DNA of 64,000 bases from Cyanobacteria bacterium P01_F01_bin.150 (lineage in GTDB: Bacteria; Cyanobacteriota; Cyanobacteriia; CAKZMO01). The DNA lies in NCBI GenBank assembly GCA_039189765.1, contig JBCCYL010000028.1:1-64000 (forward strand), read 5' to 3'. The translations under genes were made by a program, and so were the position numbers. Every line of letters starts with the position of its first letter. Positions within the stretch are counted from its first letter, which is position 1. Under the pieces are notes generated by a model, which did not search any database, was not told the origin of the DNA, and was given only the letters and a program-made list of their open reading frames with translations. Positions 51,121 to 61,035 of this stretch are shown here, piece by piece.

Positions 51121-52971
51121 GTGAATAAACGGTGGAGAAATGTGGGGTTGTACGCCCTGCTTATGGTAGTTGTCCTATTCCTGGGGGCAAATCTGATTGG
51201 TCCTCAAGGGCCAGAGCGAATTCGCGTTCCCTACAGCGAATTTCTACAGGCAGTTGAGGATGGCAGAGTTGCTAAGGTTGAAATTCAGTCCGATCGCACC
51301 CATGCGCGAGCCATTGTTGACCGGGGTGGCGAGATTGAGGAGAGAATTGATGTAGACCTTCCTCCTGATCCAGACCTCTTGGATACTTTGATTGAGAGAA
51401 ATGTGGATATTGTGGTGACTCAACCTACAGATGAAGGTGGGTTGATTCGCTTGCTGACACCCTTGATGATTCCTATCCTGCTGCTCTTAGTTCTGTTCTT
51501 CGTATTGCGTCGTGCTCAGAATGGTCCGGGAAGTCAGGCAATGAACTTTGGTAAGTCCAAGGCCCGAGTTCAGATGGAGCCTCAAACCCAGGTAACTTTT
51601 GGTGATGTTGCAGGTATTGAGCAAGCGAAGCTTGAACTGACTGAGGTTGTTGACTTCCTTAAGAATGCTGATCGCTTTACTGCTATTGGTGCCAAGATTC
51701 CTAAGGGGGTCTTGTTGGTTGGGCCTCCCGGAACAGGTAAGACATTGTTGGCTCGTGCCGTTGCTGGAGAAGCTGGAGTCCCATTCTTTTCTATCTCTGG
51801 TTCTGAATTCGTAGAGATGTTCGTTGGTGTTGGTGCATCTCGTGTTCGTGACTTGTTCGAGCAGGCCAAATCTAATGCGCCCTGTATTGTGTTTATCGAT
51901 GAGATTGACGCAGTTGGTCGTCAGCGGGGTGCTGGTCTTGGCGGTGGTAACGATGAGCGAGAGCAGACTCTAAACCAGCTACTTACAGAGATGGATGGTT
52001 TTGAAGGTAACACAGGCATCATCATCATTGCGGCCACAAACCGTCCCGATGTATTGGATGCGGCTCTGTTACGACCTGGTCGTTTCGATCGTCAGGTTGT
52101 GGTAGACCGTCCTGATTACTCTGGACGTCTAGAGATTCTCAACGTTCATGCTCGCGGCAAGACATTGTCCAAGGATATCGATTTAGAGAAGATTTCTCGC
52201 CGAACTCCTGGATTTACAGGGGCAGATTTGTCCAACTTGCTAAATGAGGCCGCTATTTTGGCTGCTCGTCGCAGCCTCACTGAAATCTCAATGGATGAGG
52301 TGAATGATGCGATTGATCGCGTATTGGCGGGTCCAGAGAAGAAGGATCGAGTCATGAGTGAGAAGCGTAAGGTTCTAGTTGCTTATCATGAGGCAGGTCA
52401 CGCACTGGTCGGTGCACTGATGCCTGACTACGACCCGGTACAGAAAATTAGTATCATTCCTCGTGGTCGTGCTGGTGGTTTGACTTGGTTCACTCCTAGT
52501 GAAGACCGACTAGATTCTGGTTTGTACTCTCGTTCTTACCTACAGAATCAGATGGCGGTTGCCCTTGGTGGCCGAATTGCTGAGGAAATCATCTTCGGTG
52601 AGGAAGAGGTGACGACTGGTGCATCCAACGACCTCCAGCAGGTCGCACGGGTCGCACGTCAGATGGTGACTCGATTTGGGATGAGTGACCTCATCGGTCC
52701 CGTTGCTCTTGGGCGTCAGCAGGGCAGCATGTTTCTCGGTCGTGAAATGGCTGCGGATCGTGATTTCTCTGAGGAAACTGCGGCAACTATTGATGCAGAG
52801 GTTCGTACTTTGGTAGACCAGGCATATGATAGAGCCAAGGATGTCCTTGTTTCGAACAAGCATGTGCTGGATCAGTTAGCTGACATGTTGATTGAGAAGG
52901 AGACCGTTGATTCTGAAGAACTTCAGAACGTTCTGGCTACTAGTGAGGTGAAAGTTGCAGCAATTGTCTAA
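51121..52971 (+). CDS. ftsH: ATP-dependent zinc metalloprotease FtsH (FtsH3-type)
   Basis: AGGAGG before GTG 51121; [19 protein letters not shown]. Confidence 0.97.
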   Translation: MNKRWRNVGLYALLMVVVLFLGANLIGPQGPERIRVPYSEFLQAVEDGRVAKVEIQSDRTHARAIVDRGGEIEERIDVDLPPDPDLLDTLIERNVDIVVTQPTDEGGLIRLLTPLMIPILLLLVLFFVLRRAQNGPGSQAMNFGKSKARVQMEPQTQVTFGDVAGIEQAKLELTEVVDFLKNADRFTAIGAKIPKGVLLVGPPGTGKTLLARAVAGEAGVPFFSISGSEFVEMFVGVGASRVRDLFEQAKSNAPCIVFIDEIDAVGRQRGAGLGGGNDEREQTLNQLLTEMDGFEGNTGIIIIAATNRPDVLDAALLRPGRFDRQVVVDRPDYSGRLEILNVHARGKTLSKDIDLEKISRRTPGFTGADLSNLLNEAAILAARRSLTEISMDEVNDAIDRVLAGPEKKDRVMSEKRKVLVAYHEAGHALVGALMPDYDPVQKISIIPRGRAGGLTWFTPSEDRLDSGLYSRSYLQNQMAVALGGRIAEEIIFGEEEVTTGASNDLQQVARVARQMVTRFGMSDLIGPVALGRQQGSMFLGREMAADRDFSEETAATIDAEVRTLVDQAYDRAKDVLVSNKHVLDQLADMLIEKETVDSEELQNVLATSEVKVAAIV

Positions 52972-53003
52972 GGTTTATAGGACGTAGTTGATTGTTGCTG
53001 CTT

Positions 53004-53049
53004 AAAAAATCTCCCTGTCCGGTAATGTAATGGGCAGGGAGATTTTTTT
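53004..53049. terminator. Bidirectional intrinsic terminator
   Basis: aaaaaatctccctgtcc...gggcagggagattttttt. Confidence 0.85.
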
Positions 53050-53091
53050 ATGGTTTTATCTTCTCCTCCATGCTCTTTGGTGCAAATTCAC

Positions 53092-53532
53092 CTAAGCTGT
53101 TGCATCTGTGGTTTCTTTCCCTAGACTTTGGCTAATCCAGTTGGTCACAATATGAGATAACAGTCCTAATGGACCCGCAAATAGGCAAAGTGCTAAAGAA
53201 TGGCAAGTCCACACTTTTGTTTCTTGGCCCTTCCAATAGATCCATCTGCCGACAAAAAGGTCCATCACAACAAAATGAACCCAACCTGTCGCTGTCGTTG
53301 TCTCGTCAGCAAATGCCTCTGCCAATTGGCTTAAGTTAGGACTGGCTAAAGACTCAAAGGAATCGGGGTTAATATTGGCAAAACAATAAATATACATCGC
53401 AGCCAAAATTACAAAGGGAATGTAAGACGACATAATTTTGCGAGTCCATTCCCAATTAGGTATGGCAATCATCAAGAGCCAGAAGGGCAGTACAAGAAGG
53501 TTGGAAAAATTAAAAATGTAGTCAATGTACAT
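53092..53532 (-). CDS. ABA4-like/DUF4281 membrane protein
   Basis: LPFW.LMI..P.W, GWVHF...DLFVGRW, GPLGLLSH. Confidence 0.88.
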   Translation of the reverse strand: MYIDYIFNFSNLLVLPFWLLMIAIPNWEWTRKIMSSYIPFVILAAMYIYCFANINPDSFESLASPNLSQLAEAFADETTTATGWVHFVVMDLFVGRWIYWKGQETKVWTCHSLALCLFAGPLGLLSHIVTNWISQSLGKETTDATA

Positions 53533-53619
53533 GGGTTGTTTCGGCTTTTCAATAGAAAATGACGTAAACTTGTTACAAAAATCAATACTAGATTACAGGG
53601 GTAGTATAGCGTTCTCAAC

Positions 53620-53701
53620 GGGATTTCGTTTTAAGGCGAAATAGACTCGACGATCGTGTGGGCGCGAAGCACCTACACGCCTCGCCCAAAGTTGATATCC
53701 C
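53620..53701 (-). repeat. Dispersed repeat family A copy
   Basis: gggatttcgttttaaggcgaaat...gtgtgggcgcgaagcacctacac..cgcccaaagttgatatccc. Confidence 0.82.
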
Positions 53702-53918
53702 ATAACGAATGGAAAACTTTAGTCGGCCAGAATCGAATGGAATAACAGGAGGCTTATAAGGAATACATTCGGCAAAATGTTGAGTCGATTGACCGTCTGG
53801 GAGCTATGGATCATGTGTTGAGCCATAATCCATAACTCTTAATATCAAGTCATGTTGAATTCGTTAAAATCAGTCGGCTAAAAACGCTAGGATAAATGGC
53901 GATCGCTATCTCTTAACC

Positions 53919-54299
53919 ATGACTCGCAAACACTACCGTGGCGAGCGCTTGATTCTCCACAATTTCAGCTATCAAGAACTCGCCTGTGCCAATTTCCAAG
54001 ATGCTATTCTATTTTGCTGTGACTTTCGCGGTGCCCATCTGTATCGAGCTAATTTTATCAACGCAACATTAGTCACCTGTGATTTTAGTGGAGCCTGTTT
54101 AAATGAAGCTGACTTTCGCGTGCGATCGCAACGCACCTGTAGCTTTGGCAATATTCAATGCAACGGCATCATTCTCCCGCCGGAAGACGTTCTGGGTAAT
54201 CCCAACTGTGTCCATAATGCCCAATCTTCATTTCTGCGATGTGCGGTGAATCCCCTCGGACCGTGTGAAGAATGCAGGGATTTTGAAAAAGTAAGCTGA
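53919..54299 (+). CDS. Pentapeptide repeat protein with C-terminal Cys-rich (DUF6464-like) domain
   Basis: ANF/CDF/ADF repeats; G...C..NA.S..LRCAVNP.GPC..C..F. Confidence 0.8.
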   Translation: MTRKHYRGERLILHNFSYQELACANFQDAILFCCDFRGAHLYRANFINATLVTCDFSGACLNEADFRVRSQRTCSFGNIQCNGIILPPEDVLGNPNCVHNAQSSFLRCAVNPLGPCEECRDFEKVS

Positions 54300-54321
54300 G
54301 GCGATTCTAAATCTCATCCTT

Positions 54322-54363
54322 GTTACTCGCTACTTGCTACTTGTTACTTGCTATTTGCCACTT
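54322..54363 (+). repeat. Heptamer tandem repeat (TACTTGC-like)
   Basis: gttactcgctacttgctacttgttacttgctatttgccactt. Confidence 0.75.
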
Positions 54364-54377
54364 CCGATCTATTACCC

Positions 54378-55046
54378 ATGACTCTTGCTTTGTGGCGATC
54401 GCCGCTTTCCCATGCTATCCATCGTAATCGCTCGTTACCTAATGCCCGATACGTACAGCTTGCCACCGTAAGGCCCAACGGGACTCCCGCTAATCGCACT
54501 ATCGTATTTCGAGGCTTTGTGGCAGATCAGTTTTGTCAAAATAGGCTGCTGCAAAATACACTCCAGTTTGTTACCGATAATCGGAGTGAAAAGGCAATCG
54601 AGATTAATCATCAGGCTTTGGGTGAGGTGTGTTGGTATTTTCCCAAAACGCGTGAGCAGTTTCGCCTAGGAGGACAATTAATACTCATTACGTCCGAGTC
54701 TTCTGGTAACAATACTAGCGAGAATATCTTTGAAGCGGCCGCTGCTATACAGCAAGCAGAGAAACCTGATTTGCCCTTGCAGGCAGTGCGATCGCACCTA
54801 TGGCAATCGCTATCGGACAATGCTCGGATTCAATTTGCATGGCCCCAGCCTGGGCAAGCACGAGCGGGTGCAGCAGCTTTTCAGCCTGACGTACCGGATA
54901 AAATGCAACCGATTTCCAACTTCTGCGCATTGCTGCTTCAGCCCAGCTTCGTCGAGCATCTAGAGTTAAGGGGCGACCCACAAAATCGACAGCACTACTA
55001 CCTGGATGAGCACTCACAGTGGCAGCAAAAATCGGTAAATCCTTAA
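54378..55046 (+). CDS. FMN-binding pyridoxamine 5'-phosphate oxidase-like protein (Alr4036/Npun_F5749 family)
   Basis: YVQLATV, PANRTIVFRGF, CWYFPKTREQFR, LELRGDPQNR, VNP. Confidence 0.88.
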   Translation: MTLALWRSPLSHAIHRNRSLPNARYVQLATVRPNGTPANRTIVFRGFVADQFCQNRLLQNTLQFVTDNRSEKAIEINHQALGEVCWYFPKTREQFRLGGQLILITSESSGNNTSENIFEAAAAIQQAEKPDLPLQAVRSHLWQSLSDNARIQFAWPQPGQARAGAAAFQPDVPDKMQPISNFCALLLQPSFVEHLELRGDPQNRQHYYLDEHSQWQQKSVNP

Positions 55047-55090
55047 CTCCAGGCGGGTCGTATGGGCACGACATACCCATACGACCGTCA
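55046..55090 (+). repeat. Partial family A copy (central hairpin)
   Basis: aggcgggtcgtatgggcacgacatacccatacgaccgt between convergent genes. Confidence 0.65.
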
Positions 55091-55097
55091 TTATCTT

Positions 55098-55865
55098 TTA
55101 ACTGCTTTGAATAATCCCATCTTCTAAATAAGCAACCCGGTCGGCCACATCCTTGATGCGAGGGTCATGGGTTACCATTAAGACCGTTGACGAGCCTTCT
55201 TTTGCTAAATTTCGTAGAAGAGAAATGACCGCATGACCACTGTGGGAATCCAGAGCAGCCGTAGGCTCATCTGCCATGATAATTGGAGGACTGCCGACAA
55301 GGGCACGAGCGATCGCCACCCGTTGTTTCTGTCCCCCTGATAAGTCATGGGGATACTGGTTAGCCTTGTCTCCCAGACCCACATGTTCGAGCAATTTGGC
55401 TGCTATCTTCTCCCATCGATGGGGTTTGATGCCTTTCAACTTCATCGCCACCTGGATATTTTCAGAGGCCGTCAGGGCTGGAAATAAGTTAAAGCCTTGA
55501 AAAATAAAGCCAATATGTTGTCGTCGAAATTGGGATAGCTTTTGACGAGAGAGGGTGGTGATGTCCTGCCCCAAGATGTTGACTGCCCCTGAGGTAGGCG
55601 TCAGAATTCCTCCCAGGATAGATAGTAGAGTCGTCTTACCGGAGCCTGATGGTCCCATTAGGAGATGCACATCGCCATGTAAAACAGCGATGCCAATATG
55701 TTTCAGAACATGATAGCTATGGCTTCCAGCCTGAAAAATCATGTCTAAATCTTCTGTTGAAATCACCGTTTCATTGGTAAATGGGCGGGATGCACTTCGG
55801 GCAGAAGGAGTATTCTGGCTGGACTGGTGCTTGGATTGGAAAACTTGGGGTTGAGAAACCGTCAT
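55098..55865 (-). CDS. LolD/DevA-type ABC ATP-binding protein
   Basis: GPSGSGKTT, IGFIFQ.FNL, LSGGQKQR, ADEPT, VTHD. Confidence 0.93.
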   Translation of the reverse strand: MTVSQPQVFQSKHQSSQNTPSARSASRPFTNETVISTEDLDMIFQAGSHSYHVLKHIGIAVLHGDVHLLMGPSGSGKTTLLSILGGILTPTSGAVNILGQDITTLSRQKLSQFRRQHIGFIFQGFNLFPALTASENIQVAMKLKGIKPHRWEKIAAKLLEHVGLGDKANQYPHDLSGGQKQRVAIARALVGSPPIIMADEPTAALDSHSGHAVISLLRNLAKEGSSTVLMVTHDPRIKDVADRVAYLEDGIIQSS

Positions 55866-56197
55866 GGTGATTTAAACATGGTTTACAACTACTGCTGTGA
55901 GTGAGACGAACCAGCTTAAGAATGACTCTCAATGTTGACTCTAATTTCCCGAGGATTTACTATCCCAACAGAAATTTTGGATTCGACACAATGAGAGAGC
56001 GTACAATACTCTCCATTATTTCGAAAGAATAACTAGAAAACTGCCCGGAATGGACACTTTCCTGTAGCCGTCACTCCTACCTCACCACACCATTGTCATA
56101 GAAATCTATGACCCATGGGATTACTATTCTCTCATCCAACCAAAATGGATTTCAAGCAATAAGCTCGATCTTTATCTTTAGTGTATCTAGAAGTGGG

Positions 56198-56884
56198 TTA
56201 AGGCGCTAAACGGACAATTTTCCAAGAAGGAGTGTTTGGCTGATGTATTTGGCCAGGATCTTTGGGACTATGCTTGATGTAGCAGAGGCGATCGTGTAAA
56301 CGGCTGGAGCGCCCCTGCCAGAATTCAATACGGACCGGTTCTAGGCGAAAGCCTCCCCAATGTGAAGGCCGAGGCACCTCTTCCGTATCTGCATATTTTT
56401 TTTCTAGGGCAGCTTGATTGTTTGCTAAGACGTCTCGACCATCGATCTCTTGGCTTTGTGGAGAAGCCCAAGCGCCAATACGACTGCCTTTGGGGCGACT
56501 GTTAAAATAGGCGTCTGATTCTTCTGGAGAAAGCTGGGCTACGTTGCCTTCGATGCGGACCTGACGCTCTAACGGCTCCCACCAAAACACCAGCGCCGCG
56601 TGGGGATTACGAAGTAATTCTTGACCCTTTTGACTAGTGTAGTTAGTGTAAAAGCAGAATCCTCGGGCGTCAAACCCTTTGAGCAAGACAATGCGGGCTG
56701 AGGGGTAGCCATCTGGGGTACAGGTTGCCAGCGTCATCCCATTAGGTTCTAGAACATCTGCGTCTAATACGTCCTGCCACCAACGCTGAAACTGCTCAAT
56801 TGGATCGTCACATACTTGGTGACGGTCAAGGGTGCTGACTCGATAGTCTTTACGCAAATCCGCAACGGATTGATTTTGAGTCAT
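56198..56884 (-). CDS. pdxH: Pyridoxamine 5'-phosphate oxidase
   Basis: ARIVLLKG, RQVRIEG, GAWAS.QS, EFWQGR..RLHDR, RLAP. Confidence 0.96.
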   Translation of the reverse strand: MTQNQSVADLRKDYRVSTLDRHQVCDDPIEQFQRWWQDVLDADVLEPNGMTLATCTPDGYPSARIVLLKGFDARGFCFYTNYTSQKGQELLRNPHAALVFWWEPLERQVRIEGNVAQLSPEESDAYFNSRPKGSRIGAWASPQSQEIDGRDVLANNQAALEKKYADTEEVPRPSHWGGFRLEPVRIEFWQGRSSRLHDRLCYIKHSPKDPGQIHQPNTPSWKIVRLAP

Positions 56885-56957
56885 TGATGCTTAATAGAAG
56901 ATTGCCAGTACCCCTACATATTAAAGGGACAGCGGGAGGAAATGCAGTACTAGACAA

Positions 56958-57299
56958 TTAGAAAAAAGAAATAGACAATGGGTATTTCCATGCACGGCCC
57001 TCTTTGGCTTTCAATGCACCAATGATGGGAAATGCTATGCTCAAGACACCCAGTGCCATCAGTAGGGGAATGCCAATCAGTACGAAAAATAAAATGGCAA
57101 AAATCGTGCCATAAATGATTTCGGAAATAATCCAGTTTGTCACAATCCGGCCATGAATGTCTAATTCTGGCATATCTTCTTTTTGAACTTGCCAGATAAT
57201 AATAGGAATGACTAACCCTGCGAAGGGAATGACATAGCCAGCAAATTGAGATAGATGAAGCAACATGGCCCACTGCTGCGTGCTTTTATTGGTAATCAT
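56958..57299 (-). CDS. DUF4870-family membrane protein
   Basis: WAMLLHLS, P.IIW, HG....NW.IS, YPLSI.F. Confidence 0.85.
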   Translation of the reverse strand: MITNKSTQQWAMLLHLSQFAGYVIPFAGLVIPIIIWQVQKEDMPELDIHGRIVTNWIISEIIYGTIFAILFFVLIGIPLLMALGVLSIAFPIIGALKAKEGRAWKYPLSISFF

Positions 57300-57360
57300 T
57301 GGTTTATATTTTGAGCTGCACTAATGACTGTTCTTAGATGATCAACTCGGTTCATCCTAC

Positions 57361-57438
57361 TACCGAGTCAGCTTTATTTTGGGGGGGAAATCCCGTAAGG
57401 ATTTTCCCCTCATTTGGGTCCTGATAGAGTCCTAGCTA
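57361..57438. repeat. Dispersed repeat family B copy
   Basis: taccgagtcagctttattttgggggggaaatcccgtaaggattttcccctcatttgggtcctgatagagtcctagcta. Confidence 0.88.
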
Positions 57439-57557
57439 TGACTACACGCGTTGACATGGCCTTACTGGATTCGAACGTTATGATATTCAAGCTTGCTCTT
57501 ATGAACTGGGTTATGAATTAGTGCGAGGCTGTTTGCTAGCCAAAGCTTCTAGCGTTA

Positions 57558-58505
57558 TCAGACTGCATCTACCATCATTTGAGCAACATCACGCATGGTG
57601 TATTTGGCTTTCCAGCCCAGCTTTTCTTGGGCTTTGGTGGCATTGCCACAGCTTACGGCAATGTCTGTGGGCCGATAGAGATTTTGATCCACCTGTACAT
57701 GATCTTCCCAGTTTAAGCCCAGGCAGCTAAAGACGGCTGCAACAAAGTCCTGGAGACTATTAGATTGACCCGTGGCGATCGCATAATCATCTGGCTCGTC
57801 CTGTTGCAGCATTCGATACATGGCGTCCACATATTCTGGAGCCCAACCCCAGTCTCGCTGAATAGACGTATTGCCTAAGTAAAGGATCTGGGATTTTCCT
57901 CGGGCAATTTCGCTGGCGGCTGTTATTATCTTTTGCGTAACAAAACGTCGGGGCCGCAACGGTGATTCATGGTTAAACAAAATACCAGAGCAGGCATATA
58001 AATCGTAGGCTTCTCGATAGTTGGCCACTTGCCAAAATGCAGCGGCTTTAGCCACTGCGTAAGGACTTCGGGGGCGAAAAGGAGTCAACTCATCGGCAGC
58101 GGTTCCTTGGGTATCTCCAAAACATTCGCTAGAGCTTGCACTGTATAGGCGAATGGGCGCATTGACAAACCGAATAGCTTCTAGAAGATTAAGCGTGCCT
58201 AGGGTAATACTTTCAGTGGTCTCAACGGGCAACTCAAAAGACAGTCCAACAGAGGTTTGGCCTGCCAAATTATATATTTCGTCTGGCTCCACTTTATGGA
58301 TAACTTGTAGAACACTGCGGAAGTCATTGAGAGACATGGAGAAAATTTGCACCTGATCTTGGAGTCCCAATCGAACCAGGTTTCGAAATGACGATCCCTG
58401 GGCATCCCGTGATGTTCCACATACCACATAGCCTTTGGCCAACAGTAGTTGAGCTAAATACGCACCATCTTGTCCACTGATGCCACAGATTAAAGCAGTT
58501 TTCAT
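57558..58505 (-). CDS. gmd: GDP-mannose 4,6-dehydratase
   Basis: GISGQDGAYL, SPYAVAK, GILFNHESP, RDWG. Confidence 0.93.
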   Translation of the reverse strand: MKTALICGISGQDGAYLAQLLLAKGYVVCGTSRDAQGSSFRNLVRLGLQDQVQIFSMSLNDFRSVLQVIHKVEPDEIYNLAGQTSVGLSFELPVETTESITLGTLNLLEAIRFVNAPIRLYSASSSECFGDTQGTAADELTPFRPRSPYAVAKAAAFWQVANYREAYDLYACSGILFNHESPLRPRRFVTQKIITAASEIARGKSQILYLGNTSIQRDWGWAPEYVDAMYRMLQQDEPDDYAIATGQSNSLQDFVAAVFSCLGLNWEDHVQVDQNLYRPTDIAVSCGNATKAQEKLGWKAKYTMRDVAQMMVDAV

Positions 58506-58539
58506 ATAAATTTCAAATGTCAACAGTATTTGTTCTAGC

Positions 58540-60858
58540 CTAGATGCTAGCAGTTGTAAAACTTCGTGTCACTTGGGGTTGAAGATATTTACTACGATAT
58601 CCATAGGAGGTTTTCGTCCCCGCTTTGAGATGATTTGCAACCAGCCCCAAAACCCGAGTGTTGTAGGTGCTCAATTGACTCATAACCTGCATTTGTACAG
58701 AATACTTTGTCTTTTCAATTCCAATAACCAAATACATCCCATCTGTTTGAGACGTAAGGAAATTCGCATCTGTTAGTCCCATCAAATGAGGGGCATCGTA
58801 AATGACCAAATCAAATTTCGTATGCAGCATCTTCATTAATGCCTGCATAGCTTCAGATGCCAGTAATCGACTGTTGCCGATGGATGATTGGCCTGATGTC
58901 AGGACAAAAAGATTGTCGGCAGGCATACTCAAAACGTCATCCAAACTCACATCGCCATTTACAACATCCCCTAAACCCTTACCATTACTGATGCTAAACA
59001 GTTGGTGTAGAGTCGGGCGATATAGATTAGCATCAACAACCAAAACCTTCTTTCCAATCGCAGCAACCGTCTGAGCTAAATTCTGGACAACTGTAGTCTT
59101 ACCATCACCCGGTTCTGCGGAACTGACAACTAATGAACGAAGGGTCAATTCATTGGTCATTGGCGTGAGCATAGATGCATATAGGGAGCTAAATGCTTCC
59201 ATAAACATCAACCCACGGGAGGATAAAGCCGCCTGATGTCCCTGCTGATGATCGGATATCGAAGAAGAGGTTCCTAAAAGCGAGACCGCCACTTGTTCTT
59301 CCATCTGACAATAGGGAATTACCCCTGCCAACGGCAAATCCAAGTTATCTTGAACATCTTCCGTGACGAAAAAGACATTTTGCAGCTTTTCTAGGAATAT
59401 TGCTAAGGCTGTACCCAGAATGGGGCCTCCTAATAACGCAAACAAAATCATCTTAGAAGACTGAGGATAGGGAATCGGGTTGCCAAATTCATCTCGATCA
59501 ATTAAAGGCGCGGAAATCTGTTCCCAGGGGACTTCTGTTTGGGCCGATTCAATTCTCAGCAATTCTCGCTGCGTTAATAGTTGATCTAGAGTTCGCTGAG
59601 CAATATCCAGTTGTGCTTGGATTTCGGCATGGCGACGAGCCACCTCAGGGAATTGCTCTAGCTGCTGTGTCACATTGTTCTTACTCTGCGCAATTTCTTG
59701 ACTCCTCGCTTTTAGAACCTCCAGTTGATTATTGGTCGTCAATAACTGCCGAATTAAATCTAAGCGAACTGGGTCTTGAAAAACAAATGCCTTTGGATCA
59801 ACAGGGGTTCCTATAATCGCTTGGGCTTCTTGTCGCAATAGGCTGTCTGTTTCTTGACGTTGTACCTCAAGGGCACGAATCACTGGACTGGCAGGATTGA
59901 AACGAGCCGATTCTGTTCGAATCTGGCTTTCAATCGTCTGTAGCTCAGCCAGCAATGTTTGGTAGCGGGGACTCTGACTCAAGGTAGAGGCTGCTAGCGC
60001 ATCGCTAGGACTCAATGCGAGTTGCTGTTGTAGGTTATCTCGGAGCGCGAGGGTTTCACGAAGTTCACGCTGAGTTGAAAATTGAAAATCAGTAATTGTG
60101 CCAATTTGGGCTGTAAGTTGTTCACTTTGTTTGTCTGGATTGACCACGTTGAACCGTTGCTGAAGACGCTGTAGTCTATCTTGCAGAGAACTTACCCGCT
60201 GTTGAATTTCAGGGAGTTGATCTTCGATAAATTTGACCCCTTCACCGAATCGTGTTTTCCGATCCTCTAAACTGTAGAGCAGATAGCGATCAGACGTTGC
60301 CTTGAGAACTGTTTCGACTAAGTCTGCATCTTCAGCTTCATAGGACACTGAAATAATTTTTGTCGCCGACAGGGCGGTATCGCCTACCCTTCTGACCAAT
60401 AAAGACCGTGCCAAGTCATCAGCGGTAAAGTTGATGTAGTTTGGATCGCGGCTACTAACTTCAGCCGCAATCTCCCGTAACAAGCCTGGACCTGTCAGAA
60501 TTCGCAACTGAGTTGCATAATCCGTTGCGCCATCTGCTCTCTGAGCATCCTGTAGGCCTCGGGTTAGGGTAGTGGGGTCAGCGAGCTGACCTTGAGAGGT
60601 AATGGGTTCTACTAAGAGTTCAAAACTGCCTTGATATATAGAAGGAGCTTGCTTCGTCTTGAGCGCAGCCAACCCTGCCATCAAAACAGTCAACCCTGCA
60701 ATTAGCAGCGTCTTACGCTTAATCGTCCGCAATAGTGGCCAAAAGTTCAGACCTCGCTTCAGTAACGCATCAAACTCACCAGCCGTGGTTGTCGAGGCGG
60801 GTAAAGATGAAAGCGGAGTCCCAGTTGATGGGCTTGGGGAATTCGCGTCTAAATTCAT
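58540..60858 (-). CDS. wzc: Polysaccharide co-polymerase / BY-kinase (Wzc family)
   Basis: Two TM segments around a coiled coil, PGDGKTT, VDANL..P, YDAP, Tyr-containing tail. Confidence 0.9.
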   Translation of the reverse strand: MNLDANSPSPSTGTPLSSLPASTTTAGEFDALLKRGLNFWPLLRTIKRKTLLIAGLTVLMAGLAALKTKQAPSIYQGSFELLVEPITSQGQLADPTTLTRGLQDAQRADGATDYATQLRILTGPGLLREIAAEVSSRDPNYINFTADDLARSLLVRRVGDTALSATKIISVSYEAEDADLVETVLKATSDRYLLYSLEDRKTRFGEGVKFIEDQLPEIQQRVSSLQDRLQRLQQRFNVVNPDKQSEQLTAQIGTITDFQFSTQRELRETLALRDNLQQQLALSPSDALAASTLSQSPRYQTLLAELQTIESQIRTESARFNPASPVIRALEVQRQETDSLLRQEAQAIIGTPVDPKAFVFQDPVRLDLIRQLLTTNNQLEVLKARSQEIAQSKNNVTQQLEQFPEVARRHAEIQAQLDIAQRTLDQLLTQRELLRIESAQTEVPWEQISAPLIDRDEFGNPIPYPQSSKMILFALLGGPILGTALAIFLEKLQNVFFVTEDVQDNLDLPLAGVIPYCQMEEQVAVSLLGTSSSISDHQQGHQAALSSRGLMFMEAFSSLYASMLTPMTNELTLRSLVVSSAEPGDGKTTVVQNLAQTVAAIGKKVLVVDANLYRPTLHQLFSISNGKGLGDVVNGDVSLDDVLSMPADNLFVLTSGQSSIGNSRLLASEAMQALMKMLHTKFDLVIYDAPHLMGLTDANFLTSQTDGMYLVIGIEKTKYSVQMQVMSQLSTYNTRVLGLVANHLKAGTKTSYGYRSKYLQPQVTRSFTTASI

Positions 60859-61035
60859 GAAAAACAAATCCTTTGCATCAACTAGATATCACTGATTGAG
60901 AACAATAACAATATTAAATCGCTTAGAAGTTTTTATGACTTTAATGTGCAGTGCAACATTTGAAGTGAAGACACTACAGCATAATCTGATGTCGGAATAA
61001 CATTGAGCAATAGGAATCGGACTTGATCGTTGAGG

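Noticed and set aside
53564..53576. Possible NtcA site GTAaacttgtTAC
   Set aside because: The spacer is 7 nt, not 8.
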